Positions 37,077 through 46,395 of a DNA stretch of 64,000 nucleotides are shown one piece after another. The stretch covers positions 357 to 64,356 of the forward strand of contig DATCYF010000014.1 in assembly GCA_036570425.1 (NCBI GenBank). The letters are read 5' to 3'. Position numbers and translations under genes: made by a program. This stretch comes from Rhizorhapis sp. (GTDB lineage: Bacteria > Pseudomonadota > Alphaproteobacteria > Sphingomonadales > Sphingomonadaceae). The first letter of the stretch is position 1, and each line of letters begins with the position of its first letter. Below the pieces are notes generated by a model. The model saw only the letters and a list, made by a program, of their open reading frames with translations. It made no database searches and was not told where the DNA came from.

Positions 37077-39302
37077 ATGATCGAGACCCGCATCGGTATC
37101 TGTAAAGTATGTTGGGCGACATGCCCGATTGAGGTAACAGTCGATAACAACCGCGCGATCAAGGTTGTCGGCGATCGCGAGTCACCGATATATGGCGGAT
37201 ATACCTGTCCGAAGGGGCGGGCGATGCCGGAAGGGCATTATTCGCCCGATCGGGTCCTTCACGCGCAGCGGCGTCGATCCGACGGTCAATATGAAGCCAT
37301 CACCACCGACCAGGCGCTCGACGAAATCGCAGCGAAGCTGAAGGCGATCATCGACGAGCACGGGCCCGAAGCGGTCGCGGTCTATCCCGGCAATGGAAAT
37401 CTGAGCAATCCACTTAACCCGGTCATGGGAGCCATGTTCATCATGGCGATGGGCACGTATCCAGACCGATTCTTCTCCGTCCAGACGATCGATCAGGCAG
37501 GCAAGGTGATCGCGCAGGCGCTTCACGGTCGCTGGATGGCAGGACCAAATGCATTCGCCAGTTCGGAAACCTGGATCATGGTCGGCACTAATCCGGTAAT
37601 CTCCAAGCAGGGCCTCTCGATCAACCCGGGTCAGACCGTGAAGCAGGCCGTGAAGAACGGGATGAAGCTGATTGTAGTCGATCCGCGCAAGACAGAATCT
37701 GCCAAACACGCCTTTCTGCATATTCAGCCGCAACCCGGCCAAGATTCAACATTGCTTGCAGGCTTCCTGCACGTCATCTTCGCCGAAGAGCTTTACGACG
37801 CGGATTTCGTGACGGCCAATGCCGTTGGCTTCGATGTGCTCAAGCGCGCCGTGGCCGGCTTCACCCCCGACCATGTATCGAGGGTGGTTGGTGTACCGAA
37901 GAATCAAATACTGCTGGCTGCGCGCACCTTCGCCGCCGCTAAGAGCGGTTGTGTGGTGACCGCTACAGGTGCCCACTTTCCACTCCATGGCACCCTTGCC
38001 GAATATTTGGCCCTGTGCATCAACACAGTTTGCGGACGCTGGGTCAGGGCGGGACAGCCACACAGTCAACCGCATGTGCTCCTGCCCGGGGTGGACATCC
38101 GCGCCCAACCCTATGCGCCCTATCAACCATGGGATTACAGCATCCGCAGCCGGATCAACGCCCTACCACGAACAGTGGTCGGCGCGCCCACGGGGACACT
38201 TCCCGACGAGATCCTGACCCCCGGGAAAGGTCAGGTGCGTGCGCTAATTTGCTCGGGTAGCAATCCCATGGTGTCGCTGCCGGACCAGATGCGGGCTTTC
38301 GAGGCGCTCGGCTCACTCGACCTCCTCGTGTCGTTGGACGTTGAAATGTCAAACACAGCGCGGATGGCCCATTATGTCATTCCCGACAAAATGTCGATGG
38401 AAACGCCGGGGGTCACTCAATTCACCGAGTCGATGAAATATTACGGTATCTGGACGGGCGGCTACGAGCAACCTTATGCCATGTACGCACCGGCGATCGT
38501 ACCGCCCCCGGAGAACTCCGACACGATTGAAAGCTGGGAATTCTTCTACGAAATTGCAAAACGGCTCGGACGGCAGATAGTCTATCATGCAAATTCCGCC
38601 GGGACCGGCGAGCATTGGGACAAGCTCCCCATCCCCTTCCCCCTCCCTCTTGATAGGCGTCCGACGACGGAGGAGATGTTCGAGTTCATGTGCGCCGGCT
38701 CACGCGTGCCTTTGTCGGAAGTAAAGCGGCATGTTCACGGCAAGTTGTTTGACGAGCTCGACATCACCGTGAAGCCGCGCGCCTCCGATTGCGACGCGAT
38801 GCTCCAGCTTGGCGATCCCACCATGATCGCTGAACTTGACATCGTGCTCAACGAAAACGGTGATACCGCTGTTCCCAGCGCGGAATTCCCGCTAATGATG
38901 ACGCCACGGCGCACCAACGAAATGATGAACTCGATCGGCCGGCAAAACCCGAAGCTCGGCGGCAAGAAATCCTATAATCCTGCTTTTCTCAATCCTTCGG
39001 ACATGGAGCGGTTCGGCGTTTCAGCGGGGGACATTATCCGCATCCACTCCCTTCATGGCGAAATACTCGGCGTCGCTGAACCCGAGCCGCATCTGCGCAT
39101 GGGCACGCTGTCAATGTCCCATTGCTATGGCCCGAACCCAGACGAACCCCTCGATCCGAAGGGACAGGGTGGGTGCACCTCACGGCTAATAGACGCGAAC
39201 GCCGATTTTGATCCTATCTTCGGCCAGCCTCGGATGGGCGCGATCCCCGTCGCGATCGCGCCAATCGAAGATGAGCTGTCGTTGCTCCACGCGGCGGAAT
39301 AG
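37077..39302 (+). CDS. Molybdopterin (bis-MGD) oxidoreductase, DMSO-reductase superfamily; cytoplasmic and stand-alone
   Basis: N-terminal 4-Cys FeS motif CKVCWATC...YTCPKG, MopB-like core, and a C-terminal beta-barrel-like region of the kind found in this superfamily. No Tat signal. 741 aa. Confidence 0.85.
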   Translation: MIETRIGICKVCWATCPIEVTVDNNRAIKVVGDRESPIYGGYTCPKGRAMPEGHYSPDRVLHAQRRRSDGQYEAITTDQALDEIAAKLKAIIDEHGPEAVAVYPGNGNLSNPLNPVMGAMFIMAMGTYPDRFFSVQTIDQAGKVIAQALHGRWMAGPNAFASSETWIMVGTNPVISKQGLSINPGQTVKQAVKNGMKLIVVDPRKTESAKHAFLHIQPQPGQDSTLLAGFLHVIFAEELYDADFVTANAVGFDVLKRAVAGFTPDHVSRVVGVPKNQILLAARTFAAAKSGCVVTATGAHFPLHGTLAEYLALCINTVCGRWVRAGQPHSQPHVLLPGVDIRAQPYAPYQPWDYSIRSRINALPRTVVGAPTGTLPDEILTPGKGQVRALICSGSNPMVSLPDQMRAFEALGSLDLLVSLDVEMSNTARMAHYVIPDKMSMETPGVTQFTESMKYYGIWTGGYEQPYAMYAPAIVPPPENSDTIESWEFFYEIAKRLGRQIVYHANSAGTGEHWDKLPIPFPLPLDRRPTTEEMFEFMCAGSRVPLSEVKRHVHGKLFDELDITVKPRASDCDAMLQLGDPTMIAELDIVLNENGDTAVPSAEFPLMMTPRRTNEMMNSIGRQNPKLGGKKSYNPAFLNPSDMERFGVSAGDIIRIHSLHGEILGVAEPEPHLRMGTLSMSHCYGPNPDEPLDPKGQGGCTSRLIDANADFDPIFGQPRMGAIPVAIAPIEDELSLLHAAE

Positions 39303-39339
39303 GGGTAACCAAACAATATTTGAAATATAATAGAGCAAA

Positions 39340-39368
39340 GGCCCTGCTCGCAAACTGCGAGCAGGGCC
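39340..39368. terminator. Bidirectional stem-loop terminator between convergent genes
   Basis: GGCCCTGCTCGC-AAACT-GCGAGCAGGGCC, a perfect 12-bp GC-rich stem. It lies between the Mo-enzyme stop (39302) and the OMP stop (39385), with an AT-rich run on its left flank. Confidence 0.7.
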
Positions 39369-39384
39369 TCCGGTTCGAAGCTAC

Positions 39385-40041
39385 TTAAAAGCGAAATCCA
39401 TAGCTGGCTACGATCTGGTGTCGATCAGTATCGACATCGAAACGGCTGCTGGTGGCACCATCGAGAAAATGAATATGGCCGCGATTGTAGTTTGAGTAGC
39501 GGTATTCCACTTTCGCAAAGGAATTGGAGCCGATGGCGTGCTCGACGCCTGCACCAACGCGCCAGCCATCCAGCTTGAAGTTGGTGTCTGTCTCCTCGTC
39601 GGTGTCCCCCGCGAGAACGTTCAGCTTTTCATTTGTATAACCACCCTTCACATACACCAGCATGGAAGGAGTGGCCAGAATGCCGGCACGGGCGCCCACA
39701 TAGATGTCGCGGCCCGCATCAACCCGGCCAAAGCCGAAATCATCGACATAAGAGTGCCGGTCGCTTTTGGCAGTAGAGTCCGTGAGTTCAGCCTCTACGC
39801 CCAGCACGGCCCCGCCAACGGCGATGTCATATCCAATTCCCAAGCCATAGAGCAGACCATCGACCGATTGATCATCCCGGCCATTGTCATTGTCGATGTC
39901 ACTTCCGGCGCCCACATGATCATAGCCGATCAGGCCTTCCACGCGCGGTCCGGTGAAGGTGGAATTGGTATCCTGCGCGAACGCTGGTGAGGTGAGGGCT
40001 GCGGCCCCCGCGAAAAGAGTTGCGACGATTATTTTATTCAT
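39385..40041 (-). CDS. Small outer-membrane beta-barrel protein (OmpA-like barrel / opacity-porin type)
   Basis: Signal peptide MNKIIVATLFAGAAALTSPAFAQ, alternating beta-strand pattern, and C-terminal ASYGFRF. Confidence 0.8.
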   Translation of the reverse strand: MNKIIVATLFAGAAALTSPAFAQDTNSTFTGPRVEGLIGYDHVGAGSDIDNDNGRDDQSVDGLLYGLGIGYDIAVGGAVLGVEAELTDSTAKSDRHSYVDDFGFGRVDAGRDIYVGARAGILATPSMLVYVKGGYTNEKLNVLAGDTDEETDTNFKLDGWRVGAGVEHAIGSNSFAKVEYRYSNYNRGHIHFLDGATSSRFDVDTDRHQIVASYGFRF

Positions 40042-40324
40042 AACTGCTCCATATTAAACCTCCCCATGACGGGGACGTATTTGAAGCAATTGTGCGCCGC
40101 CTTGGTTTCATCAACGCCAGATAAACGGGGAAACTGGCGTATTTTTATCACATTCGAACTGCCTATGCTGAGTGCGGTTTTTAGAGCGCCGCTCAGTTTG
40201 GTGCATGCGAAAACAAATATAGAGCGCCAGCAACGATCAAGGTCCCCCGCGAGGATACTCGAAGTGGATTTGAGGATAGCGCACCGAAATCCCTGCATGA
40301 TTGACGCGCCGCAACGTAACGGTT

Positions 40325-40510
40325 ATCGGCAGCATCGCGACAGGTTCCCCGGTAACGGGGATGAAAATGGGAACGGGGTAAAAGTCCCGGCTGCCCCTGC
40401 AACTGTGAGCGGTGAGCCATCGGACCACATGCCATTGGGATCAAAAGATCCTGAGAAGGCGGTCCGAACCGGCGTTGACCCGCGAGCCAGGAGACCTGCC
40501 CGTCGCCGTC
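40325..40510 (+). promoter_or_regulatory. Cobalamin (B12) riboswitch
   Basis: GGTTCCCCGGTAACGGGGATGAAAATGGGAACGGGGTAAAAGTCCCGGCTGCCCCTGCAACTGTGAGCGG ... GCCATTGGGA ... GAAGGCGG ... B12 box AGCCAGGAGACCTGCC (40485-40500). It lies directly upstream of btuB. Confidence 0.85.
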
Positions 40511-40658
40511 GTTCTTCGCGCGGACAGGGTGTGCCGAGCGGACGGGGGTGAACCCGAGAGACGACATGTTTGGACCGCGTTTTCGCGGAGACGTGTCGTG
40601 CGCCTGACGGCTTCGGCACCTCTTGCGAGCGTGGCCCTTCGTTCAGGGGTGCCCGCTA

Positions 40659-42617
40659 ATGTTGAAGTTTGTTTTCTGTTTGTCCCTTTTGCTGTCCACT
40701 GCCGCCTACGCAGAGGATTTTCCGCAAACGGCGCCCGCGCCGGATGCGGCAACCGCTGCGGAGACGAATATGATCGTCGTCACCGCCACGCGAACCTTGA
40801 CGCTGATCGATCAGGTGCCAGCTTCTGTCACCGTCCTGGGCAAGGCGGCGATCGACCGCGCTCAGGATATCGGCGTTTCCGAACTGCTGCTCCGGACGCC
40901 CGGGGTCAGCCTGTCGCGCAATGGTGGTTATGGCGCTGCGACATCGCTGCGCATTCGCGGTGCGGAAACCGATCAGACCGTGGTGGTGATCGACGGAGTA
41001 AAACTCAACGATCCTTCCTCTGCCGGGGGTGGCTATAATTTCGCCCATCTGCTCATCGGGGATGCGGCGCGTATCGAAGTGCTGCGTGGCCCACAATCTA
41101 TTCTCTGGGGCAGCCAAGCCATTGGCGGCGTCGTCAATGTCGTCACCGCCCTGCCTGAACGATCGCTGGAGGGCAGCTTCGATGTCGAGGCTGGATCTCG
41201 TCAAACGGTGAGCGCGCGCGCTGCCGTCGGAGGCAAGACGGGGTCTGTGCGTTGGCGGATCGGTGGCCAAACCTTCACGACCGAGGGCATATCAGCCCTC
41301 GCCCCCGCTTTCGGAGGGCGTGAAACCGACGGATATATAAACCGCAACGTCAACGGGCGTGTCGAAGTGGCGCTCACCAAAGGCGTTACGGCGGATTTCC
41401 GAACCTATTATTCCCATGGGCGAATCGAGATCGACGCCAGCAGCGGGGATACATCGGAATATGCCCTGAACCGTGAGTTTGTCGGGTACGGCGGGCTCAA
41501 TATCGACCTGCTAGAGGGTCGGTTCCGCAACCGCTTTGGATATGGCTACACCAATACCAGCCGCGACAACTACAACCCGGCGCGATCAAGGCCGCAGACT
41601 TTCGACTCCGCTGGACGGAACGAACGCCTAGAATATCAGGGCAGTCTCTCAATTACCCAAGGTTTGACGGCGCTGTTCGGCATTGAGAATGAGCGCTCGC
41701 GCTTCCGTAGCGTCTCACCACCAGCGTCACTCTCCACGCCGGTTCCTCCGTTCGCGCGGGGCTCCGCCGAAATCACAAGCGTCTATGGCCAATTGCGTGT
41801 CGAACCTCTGTCAGGACTCACTCTTACAGGGGGTGTGCGGAACGATGATCACAGCCGGTTCGGTGGAGAGACCTTGTTTTCGGCGGGCGGCATCTGGGTT
41901 CTGCCCACCAACACCGCTCTTCGGGCGAGCTATGGCGAAGGCTTCAAGGCTCCGACGCTCTACCAGCTTTTTTCCGAATATGGCAACGTCGCGCTTAGAC
42001 CGGAGCAGGCGCACGGATGGGAAGTTGGCGCTGAACAGCGGTTCTTGGGCGGAAGGCTGAACCTGGGCGCAACCTATTTCGAGCGCACCACGACTGATCA
42101 GATCATATACGATAGTTGCGCGCCCACTTCGGCCGACCCGCTGTGCTTCCAACCAGGGGCAAATATTTCTCGCTGGGGCTATTATCAGAACGTCTCCCGT
42201 GCGGAAGCACAAGGCATCGAGGTTCAGGCCGCCGCCCAGCTAATTGACGGCCTCTCCATAGACGGAAACTATAGCTGGACATTGGCGGAAGACCGCTCGC
42301 CCGGATCGGAAAACCTTGGCAAATGGCTGCCTCGTCGCCCGCGCAATACGGCCAATGGATCGATCAGCTATGCTTGGCGGTTCGGCCTTACGACTGGCGT
42401 GGCAATCCGCTGGTCGGGGCACAGTTTTGACAACGCAGCGAACTCAACACGGCTTGATGCCTATACGCTCGTCGACCTGCGCGCCGAGTATGCGCTGTCG
42501 CCGCGATTTCGCCTGTTCGGGCGCGTCGAGAACATCTTCGATGAAAGCTATATGACGGCCTATCGCTACGGCACGCTTGGCCGCAGCTTCTATGCCGGCA
42601 TGAGGGCGCGCTTCTGA
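40659..42617 (+). CDS. btuB: TonB-dependent vitamin B12 receptor
   Basis: Signal peptide MLKFVFCLSLLLSTAAYA, TonB box region MIVVTATR, IEVLRGPQSILWGSQAIGG, and C-terminal GMRARF. Preceded by the B12 riboswitch and followed by cob genes. Confidence 0.9.
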   Translation: MLKFVFCLSLLLSTAAYAEDFPQTAPAPDAATAAETNMIVVTATRTLTLIDQVPASVTVLGKAAIDRAQDIGVSELLLRTPGVSLSRNGGYGAATSLRIRGAETDQTVVVIDGVKLNDPSSAGGGYNFAHLLIGDAARIEVLRGPQSILWGSQAIGGVVNVVTALPERSLEGSFDVEAGSRQTVSARAAVGGKTGSVRWRIGGQTFTTEGISALAPAFGGRETDGYINRNVNGRVEVALTKGVTADFRTYYSHGRIEIDASSGDTSEYALNREFVGYGGLNIDLLEGRFRNRFGYGYTNTSRDNYNPARSRPQTFDSAGRNERLEYQGSLSITQGLTALFGIENERSRFRSVSPPASLSTPVPPFARGSAEITSVYGQLRVEPLSGLTLTGGVRNDDHSRFGGETLFSAGGIWVLPTNTALRASYGEGFKAPTLYQLFSEYGNVALRPEQAHGWEVGAEQRFLGGRLNLGATYFERTTTDQIIYDSCAPTSADPLCFQPGANISRWGYYQNVSRAEAQGIEVQAAAQLIDGLSIDGNYSWTLAEDRSPGSENLGKWLPRRPRNTANGSISYAWRFGLTTGVAIRWSGHSFDNAANSTRLDAYTLVDLRAEYALSPRFRLFGRVENIFDESYMTAYRYGTLGRSFYAGMRARF

Positions 42618-42688
42618 TGCGCGTCGAAACGAATGCTGCACATGAGCCGCATCACGCCACACAACATGACCGTACAGGAGGCAAGGCA

Positions 42689-43096
42689 ATGCTCAAAAGG
42701 GTAGAAGATGGACCTGCGGTGGTGGCCTGCAGCACCTGCCGCCATTCGAGCAAGGCGAAGGAGGATGCCGCAGGCGTGCGCGGCGGCGCGCGAATGGTTG
42801 AGGCGTTACGCGCCGTGAAGGAATCTGATCCGCGCTATGCGAGCATCGCCGTGCAGGAGATGTCCTGCCTGTTCGCCTGTAGCGATCACTGTACCGCCCA
42901 TCTGCGCGCGCCCGACAAGATCGGCTATGTCATGGGCCGCTTTGCCCCCAGCGAGGTCACCGCCCGCGCAATTCTTGACTATGCCGTCCTTTATGCCGCG
43001 AGCAAGCATGGCCAGGTGCCATATAGTCAATGGCCAGAGGGGATAAAGGGCCACTTCATCACCCGCACCCCGCCGCCAGGATATGTAGCGGAATGA
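42689..43096 (+). CDS. DUF1636-type metal-binding (thioredoxin-like ferredoxin fold) protein of cobalamin clusters
   Basis: AGGAGG RBS 8 nt upstream of ATG 42689. Cys pattern CSTC...C..AC..C. Sits in the typical btuB-cobT context. An alternative ATG at 42617 overlaps the btuB stop. Confidence 0.7.
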   Translation: MLKRVEDGPAVVACSTCRHSSKAKEDAAGVRGGARMVEALRAVKESDPRYASIAVQEMSCLFACSDHCTAHLRAPDKIGYVMGRFAPSEVTARAILDYAVLYAASKHGQVPYSQWPEGIKGHFITRTPPPGYVAE

Positions 43097-44109
43097 TCGT
43101 CTTCCCTACCGTCGCGGCGTTCGAGGGCGCGCTTCACACCCTGCCTGTTCCTGATGAAGCTGCCATAGCGGAGGCGATGGCGCGACAGGCCAGCCTCACC
43201 AAACCGGCGGGATCGCTGGGCCAGCTAGAGGAAATCGCATTATTCATCGCGGGGTGGCAGAGTCGTGCGCGGCCCCGGATGGCACGGGGCCAAGCCATTA
43301 TCTTCGCGGGCAATCATGGCGTGACGAAGCACGGCGTAAGCGCCTTTCCTCCCGAAGTCACGGCGCAGATGGTCGCCAATTTCGAAACCGGCGGGGCGGC
43401 AATCAATGCGCTTGCGGCCGCAGCAGGATTGGAGTTGAAGGTTGTGGCGCTCGACCTGGACCGCACGACCGGCGATTTCACGACAGGACCTGCCATGTCG
43501 GAAGCGGACTGCCTTGCCGCATTGTCGATTGGCGCCGCCGCCCTGGCGAACGATGAACTCGACCTGCTGGTGCTAGGGGAAATGGGGATCGGCAATTCGA
43601 CGGCAGCGAGCGCGTTGTGCGCGCGCAGTTTCGGCGGAACAGCGGCCGAATGGGCTGGTCCCGGCACCGGCATGGACGCTACCGGCATCGCGCGGAAAGC
43701 GGAAGTGGTGACACGCGGCCTCGCCTTCCATGCCGATGCGCCCGCCACTGCTTTTGAGACGCTGCGGCGGCTGGGTGGACGGGAAATCGCTGCTATCGCA
43801 GGCGCAGTGTTGGCCGCGCGCCATCGTCGCATCCCGGTCCTGCTGGACGGTTTCATCTGTTGCGCGGCAATGGCGCCACTCGCGGTCGCCAATCCTGCCA
43901 TCACGGCCCATTGCCTTGCCGGGCACTGCTCGGCCGAACCCGGCCATGCCCGCCTGCTCGAACGGTTGGGCCTCGATCCGCTATTGCGCCTTGGCATGCG
44001 GCTGGGCGAAGGCAGTGGCGCGGCGGTGGCTGCCTCAATCGTCCGTGCGGCGCTCGCGGCACACAATGGCATGGCGACATTCGCTCAAGCAGGCGTGTCG
44101 AGCGCATGA
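43093..44109 (+). CDS. cobT: Nicotinate-nucleotide--dimethylbenzimidazole phosphoribosyltransferase
   Basis: LTKPAGSLGQLEE, FAGNHGV and GEMGIGNST motifs. ATGA overlap with the upstream stop. Confidence 0.9.
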   Translation: MIVFPTVAAFEGALHTLPVPDEAAIAEAMARQASLTKPAGSLGQLEEIALFIAGWQSRARPRMARGQAIIFAGNHGVTKHGVSAFPPEVTAQMVANFETGGAAINALAAAAGLELKVVALDLDRTTGDFTTGPAMSEADCLAALSIGAAALANDELDLLVLGEMGIGNSTAASALCARSFGGTAAEWAGPGTGMDATGIARKAEVVTRGLAFHADAPATAFETLRRLGGREIAAIAGAVLAARHRRIPVLLDGFICCAAMAPLAVANPAITAHCLAGHCSAEPGHARLLERLGLDPLLRLGMRLGEGSGAAVAASIVRAALAAHNGMATFAQAGVSSA

Positions 44110-44678
44110 CGACACCGTTTTTGCTTCATCTGCTTCGCCACGGCGCGGTAGAGCCAAACGGACGGCTGATGGGCCGGACCGATTGCGCACCGACAGCGGA
44201 GGGCATCACCGCCTGCGTCTCTCAGGCGGCCGAACTTGCCGTAGAAACGTTGATCGCCTCCGATCTCAGCCGGGCGCGGTCCGCTGGCGAGGTTCTGTCT
44301 GCCGCGTTGCATGTGCCGCTCACTGTTGACTCACGGTGGCGCGAACTGGATTTCGGTCAATGGGACGGCAAGGCCACCGGCGATATAGATTCGGAAGCAC
44401 TCGGACGCTTTTGGGCCGATCCGGATTGTTACCCGCCGCCCGGCGGTGAACGCTGGTCGGCATTCGTCGAGCGCGTGGCGGCAGGGTTGGCCGACCTGCC
44501 GCCTGCGCCGACGCTAGTGGTGACACATGGCGGCGTGGTGCGAGCCGCGCTTCATTTGCTGTGCGGCTTTGGTCAACGCCAGATCTGGACGTTCGACCTG
44601 CCATACGCCGCGCTGCTCACGCTCAAGGTCTGGAGGGACGATGAACCTTCGGCGCAGATCGTGGCGCTTCGGCAATGA
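44106..44678 (+). CDS. cobC: Histidine-phosphatase family, alpha-ribazole phosphatase
   Basis: LLRHG catalytic RHG motif near the N-terminus and a THGG motif later. ATGA overlaps on both sides (44106, 44675). Confidence 0.8.
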   Translation: MTTPFLLHLLRHGAVEPNGRLMGRTDCAPTAEGITACVSQAAELAVETLIASDLSRARSAGEVLSAALHVPLTVDSRWRELDFGQWDGKATGDIDSEALGRFWADPDCYPPPGGERWSAFVERVAAGLADLPPAPTLVVTHGGVVRAALHLLCGFGQRQIWTFDLPYAALLTLKVWRDDEPSAQIVALRQ

Positions 44679-45403
44679 TGCGTTCAATCCGGCGGCTCGT
44701 CCTGGCGCTTCAATTCCTCACCTGCCTGCCCTTACCCCAGGTAAGAGCGGACGAGAGCGACTTCGCCGCTTCAATGCGCTGGTTCCCGGCGGCTGGGCTG
44801 GCGGTTGGCGCAGTGGTTGCCGGAGCAGCGTGGGTGGGCACGTTGTTCGATCCCTGGATCGCTGCCCTGTTCGCACTCGCCGCATGGGTCGGCATCACCG
44901 GCGCGCTCCATCTCGATGGCCTCTCCGATCTGGCCGACGCACGCGGCGCGGCGCATGGGGACCGCGACAAGCTGCTCACCGTGCTGGCCGATCCGCATGT
45001 CGGCAGCTTTGGCGTCACTGTGATCGTACTCCAGCTTCTCGCCAAGGCCGTGCTGCTGCATGCGACGGTGCAGGTCTCGCTGCCAGCGCTGATCTTCATC
45101 CCCTTTGCCGCGCGCATAGGACCCCTAGCCTGGTCACGTTGGCTGCCGCCGCTCCATGCGGGACTCGGCGCACGCTTCGCATCATCGGTGCGGCGCGTGG
45201 ATTTGGCGATCTGGCTGTTCATTCTATTAGGCGCCTGCTGGTTCGTGCCCGCGCTTCTGTCTGCGCCCCTGCTAATCTGTGGCTGGTTCTGGTGGCTGCG
45301 CCGCGCTGTGGGCGGCGTATCCGGCGACTGCCACGGCGCAGGCATCGAGTTGGTCGAGACCGCTTTGCTCTTTACATTCCTCATCGCTGGCAAACTGCCA
45401 TGA
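44675..45403 (+). CDS. cobS: Adenosylcobinamide-GDP ribazoletransferase (cobalamin synthase)
   Basis: Polytopic 242-aa protein. LQFLTCLP near the N-terminus and GALHLDGLSDLAD are both CobS hallmarks. Confidence 0.9.
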   Translation: MMRSIRRLVLALQFLTCLPLPQVRADESDFAASMRWFPAAGLAVGAVVAGAAWVGTLFDPWIAALFALAAWVGITGALHLDGLSDLADARGAAHGDRDKLLTVLADPHVGSFGVTVIVLQLLAKAVLLHATVQVSLPALIFIPFAARIGPLAWSRWLPPLHAGLGARFASSVRRVDLAIWLFILLGACWFVPALLSAPLLICGWFWWLRRAVGGVSGDCHGAGIELVETALLFTFLIAGKLP

Positions 45404-46395
45404 GCGACATGTCAGAAAGATGGACATTCCATGGCGGCCGCTTGAGTGAGGCGCGGTCCGTCTATGGCGATGGAGCCGAACCCTGGCTGGACCTTTCTAC
45501 CGGCATCAACCCGCATTGCTGGCCGGGCGTGCGGGACCTGCCAATCGATTGGAGAGCACTGCCCGATGAGCGGAGCCTCATCGAACTGGAAGCTGCCGCC
45601 GCTGCTTGCTTCAGTGTCCATCCCGATCACTTGTGCGCCTTGCCGGGTACGGAGATTGGCCTGCGGCTGCTCGGCGACGTCCTTCCGGGCAAGGCCTTCC
45701 ACCTGACCCCATCCTACAGAACTCATGCCGAAATGTTCATCGACAGCACTCCGATCACGTTTGACGAGCTGGAAAACGCGTCCGGAGGAACGGTCATCCT
45801 TGCCAATCCCAATAATCCGGACGGCCGGACAATCATGCCTGATTTCCTCGCCGATCGTCTGGGGCGTTTGTCTGCTTCATCGGGCTGGCTGGTCGTTGAT
45901 GAGGCGTTCGCCGACGCTGTTCCGGAGGCCAGCCTTGCCACACAAGTGCGGGACAATCAGCGACTGATCCTATTCCGTTCATTTGGAAAATTCTTCGGCC
46001 TTCCGGGCGTCCGCCTTGGCTTTGTCCTTGGTCCTCGATCGCTGATCGCCCGCTTTCGGGCAAAACTGGGGAGCTGGCGAGTTTCGGCGGCGGCGCTGGC
46101 CATTGGCACCGCTGCCTATCGCCATTGGGATTGGATAACAGACATGCGGCAGACGCTTCATGCCGATGCGGCGGCGCTTGATGCGGTGCTCGCGCGTCAT
46201 GGCTTCATGGCTATCGGAGACTGCCCGCTCTTCCGCCTGATCCAAACCGAGCAAGCAGCCGTTCTCTTCGATAATCTTGCGCGCCATGCCATCCTGACCC
46301 GTCCATTCGATTATAATTCGCGCTGGCTTCGCTTGGGTTTGCCCGGCAGCGACCAAGCGCTCGCACGATTGGATCAGGCATTGCGCGATGGTTGA
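45400..46395 (+). CDS. cobD: Threonine-phosphate decarboxylase (PLP aminotransferase class I/II fold)
   Basis: HGG near the N-terminus (WTFHGGRL), LDLSTGINP, ANPNNPDG, and the SFGKFFG PLP-lysine block. The ATG at 45400 overlaps the cobS stop. The 622-aa track ORF is an artefact of an open upstream frame. Confidence 0.8.
   Translation: MSDMSERWTFHGGRLSEARSVYGDGAEPWLDLSTGINPHCWPGVRDLPIDWRALPDERSLIELEAAAAACFSVHPDHLCALPGTEIGLRLLGDVLPGKAFHLTPSYRTHAEMFIDSTPITFDELENASGGTVILANPNNPDGRTIMPDFLADRLGRLSASSGWLVVDEAFADAVPEASLATQVRDNQRLILFRSFGKFFGLPGVRLGFVLGPRSLIARFRAKLGSWRVSAAALAIGTAAYRHWDWITDMRQTLHADAAALDAVLARHGFMAIGDCPLFRLIQTEQAAVLFDNLARHAILTRPFDYNSRWLRLGLPGSDQALARLDQALRDG

Noticed and set aside
43314-44072. 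252-aa minus-strand ORF inside cobT
   Set aside because: It is an antisense shadow ORF. The plus frame carries the canonical CobT motifs.
44527-46395. 622-aa plus-strand ORF spanning cobC, cobS and cobD
   Set aside because: Only the last 331 codons (from ATG 45400) look like a protein, namely the CobD decarboxylase. The upstream part is an open alternative frame across cobC/cobS with an Arg/Pro/Ala-rich nonsense composition.
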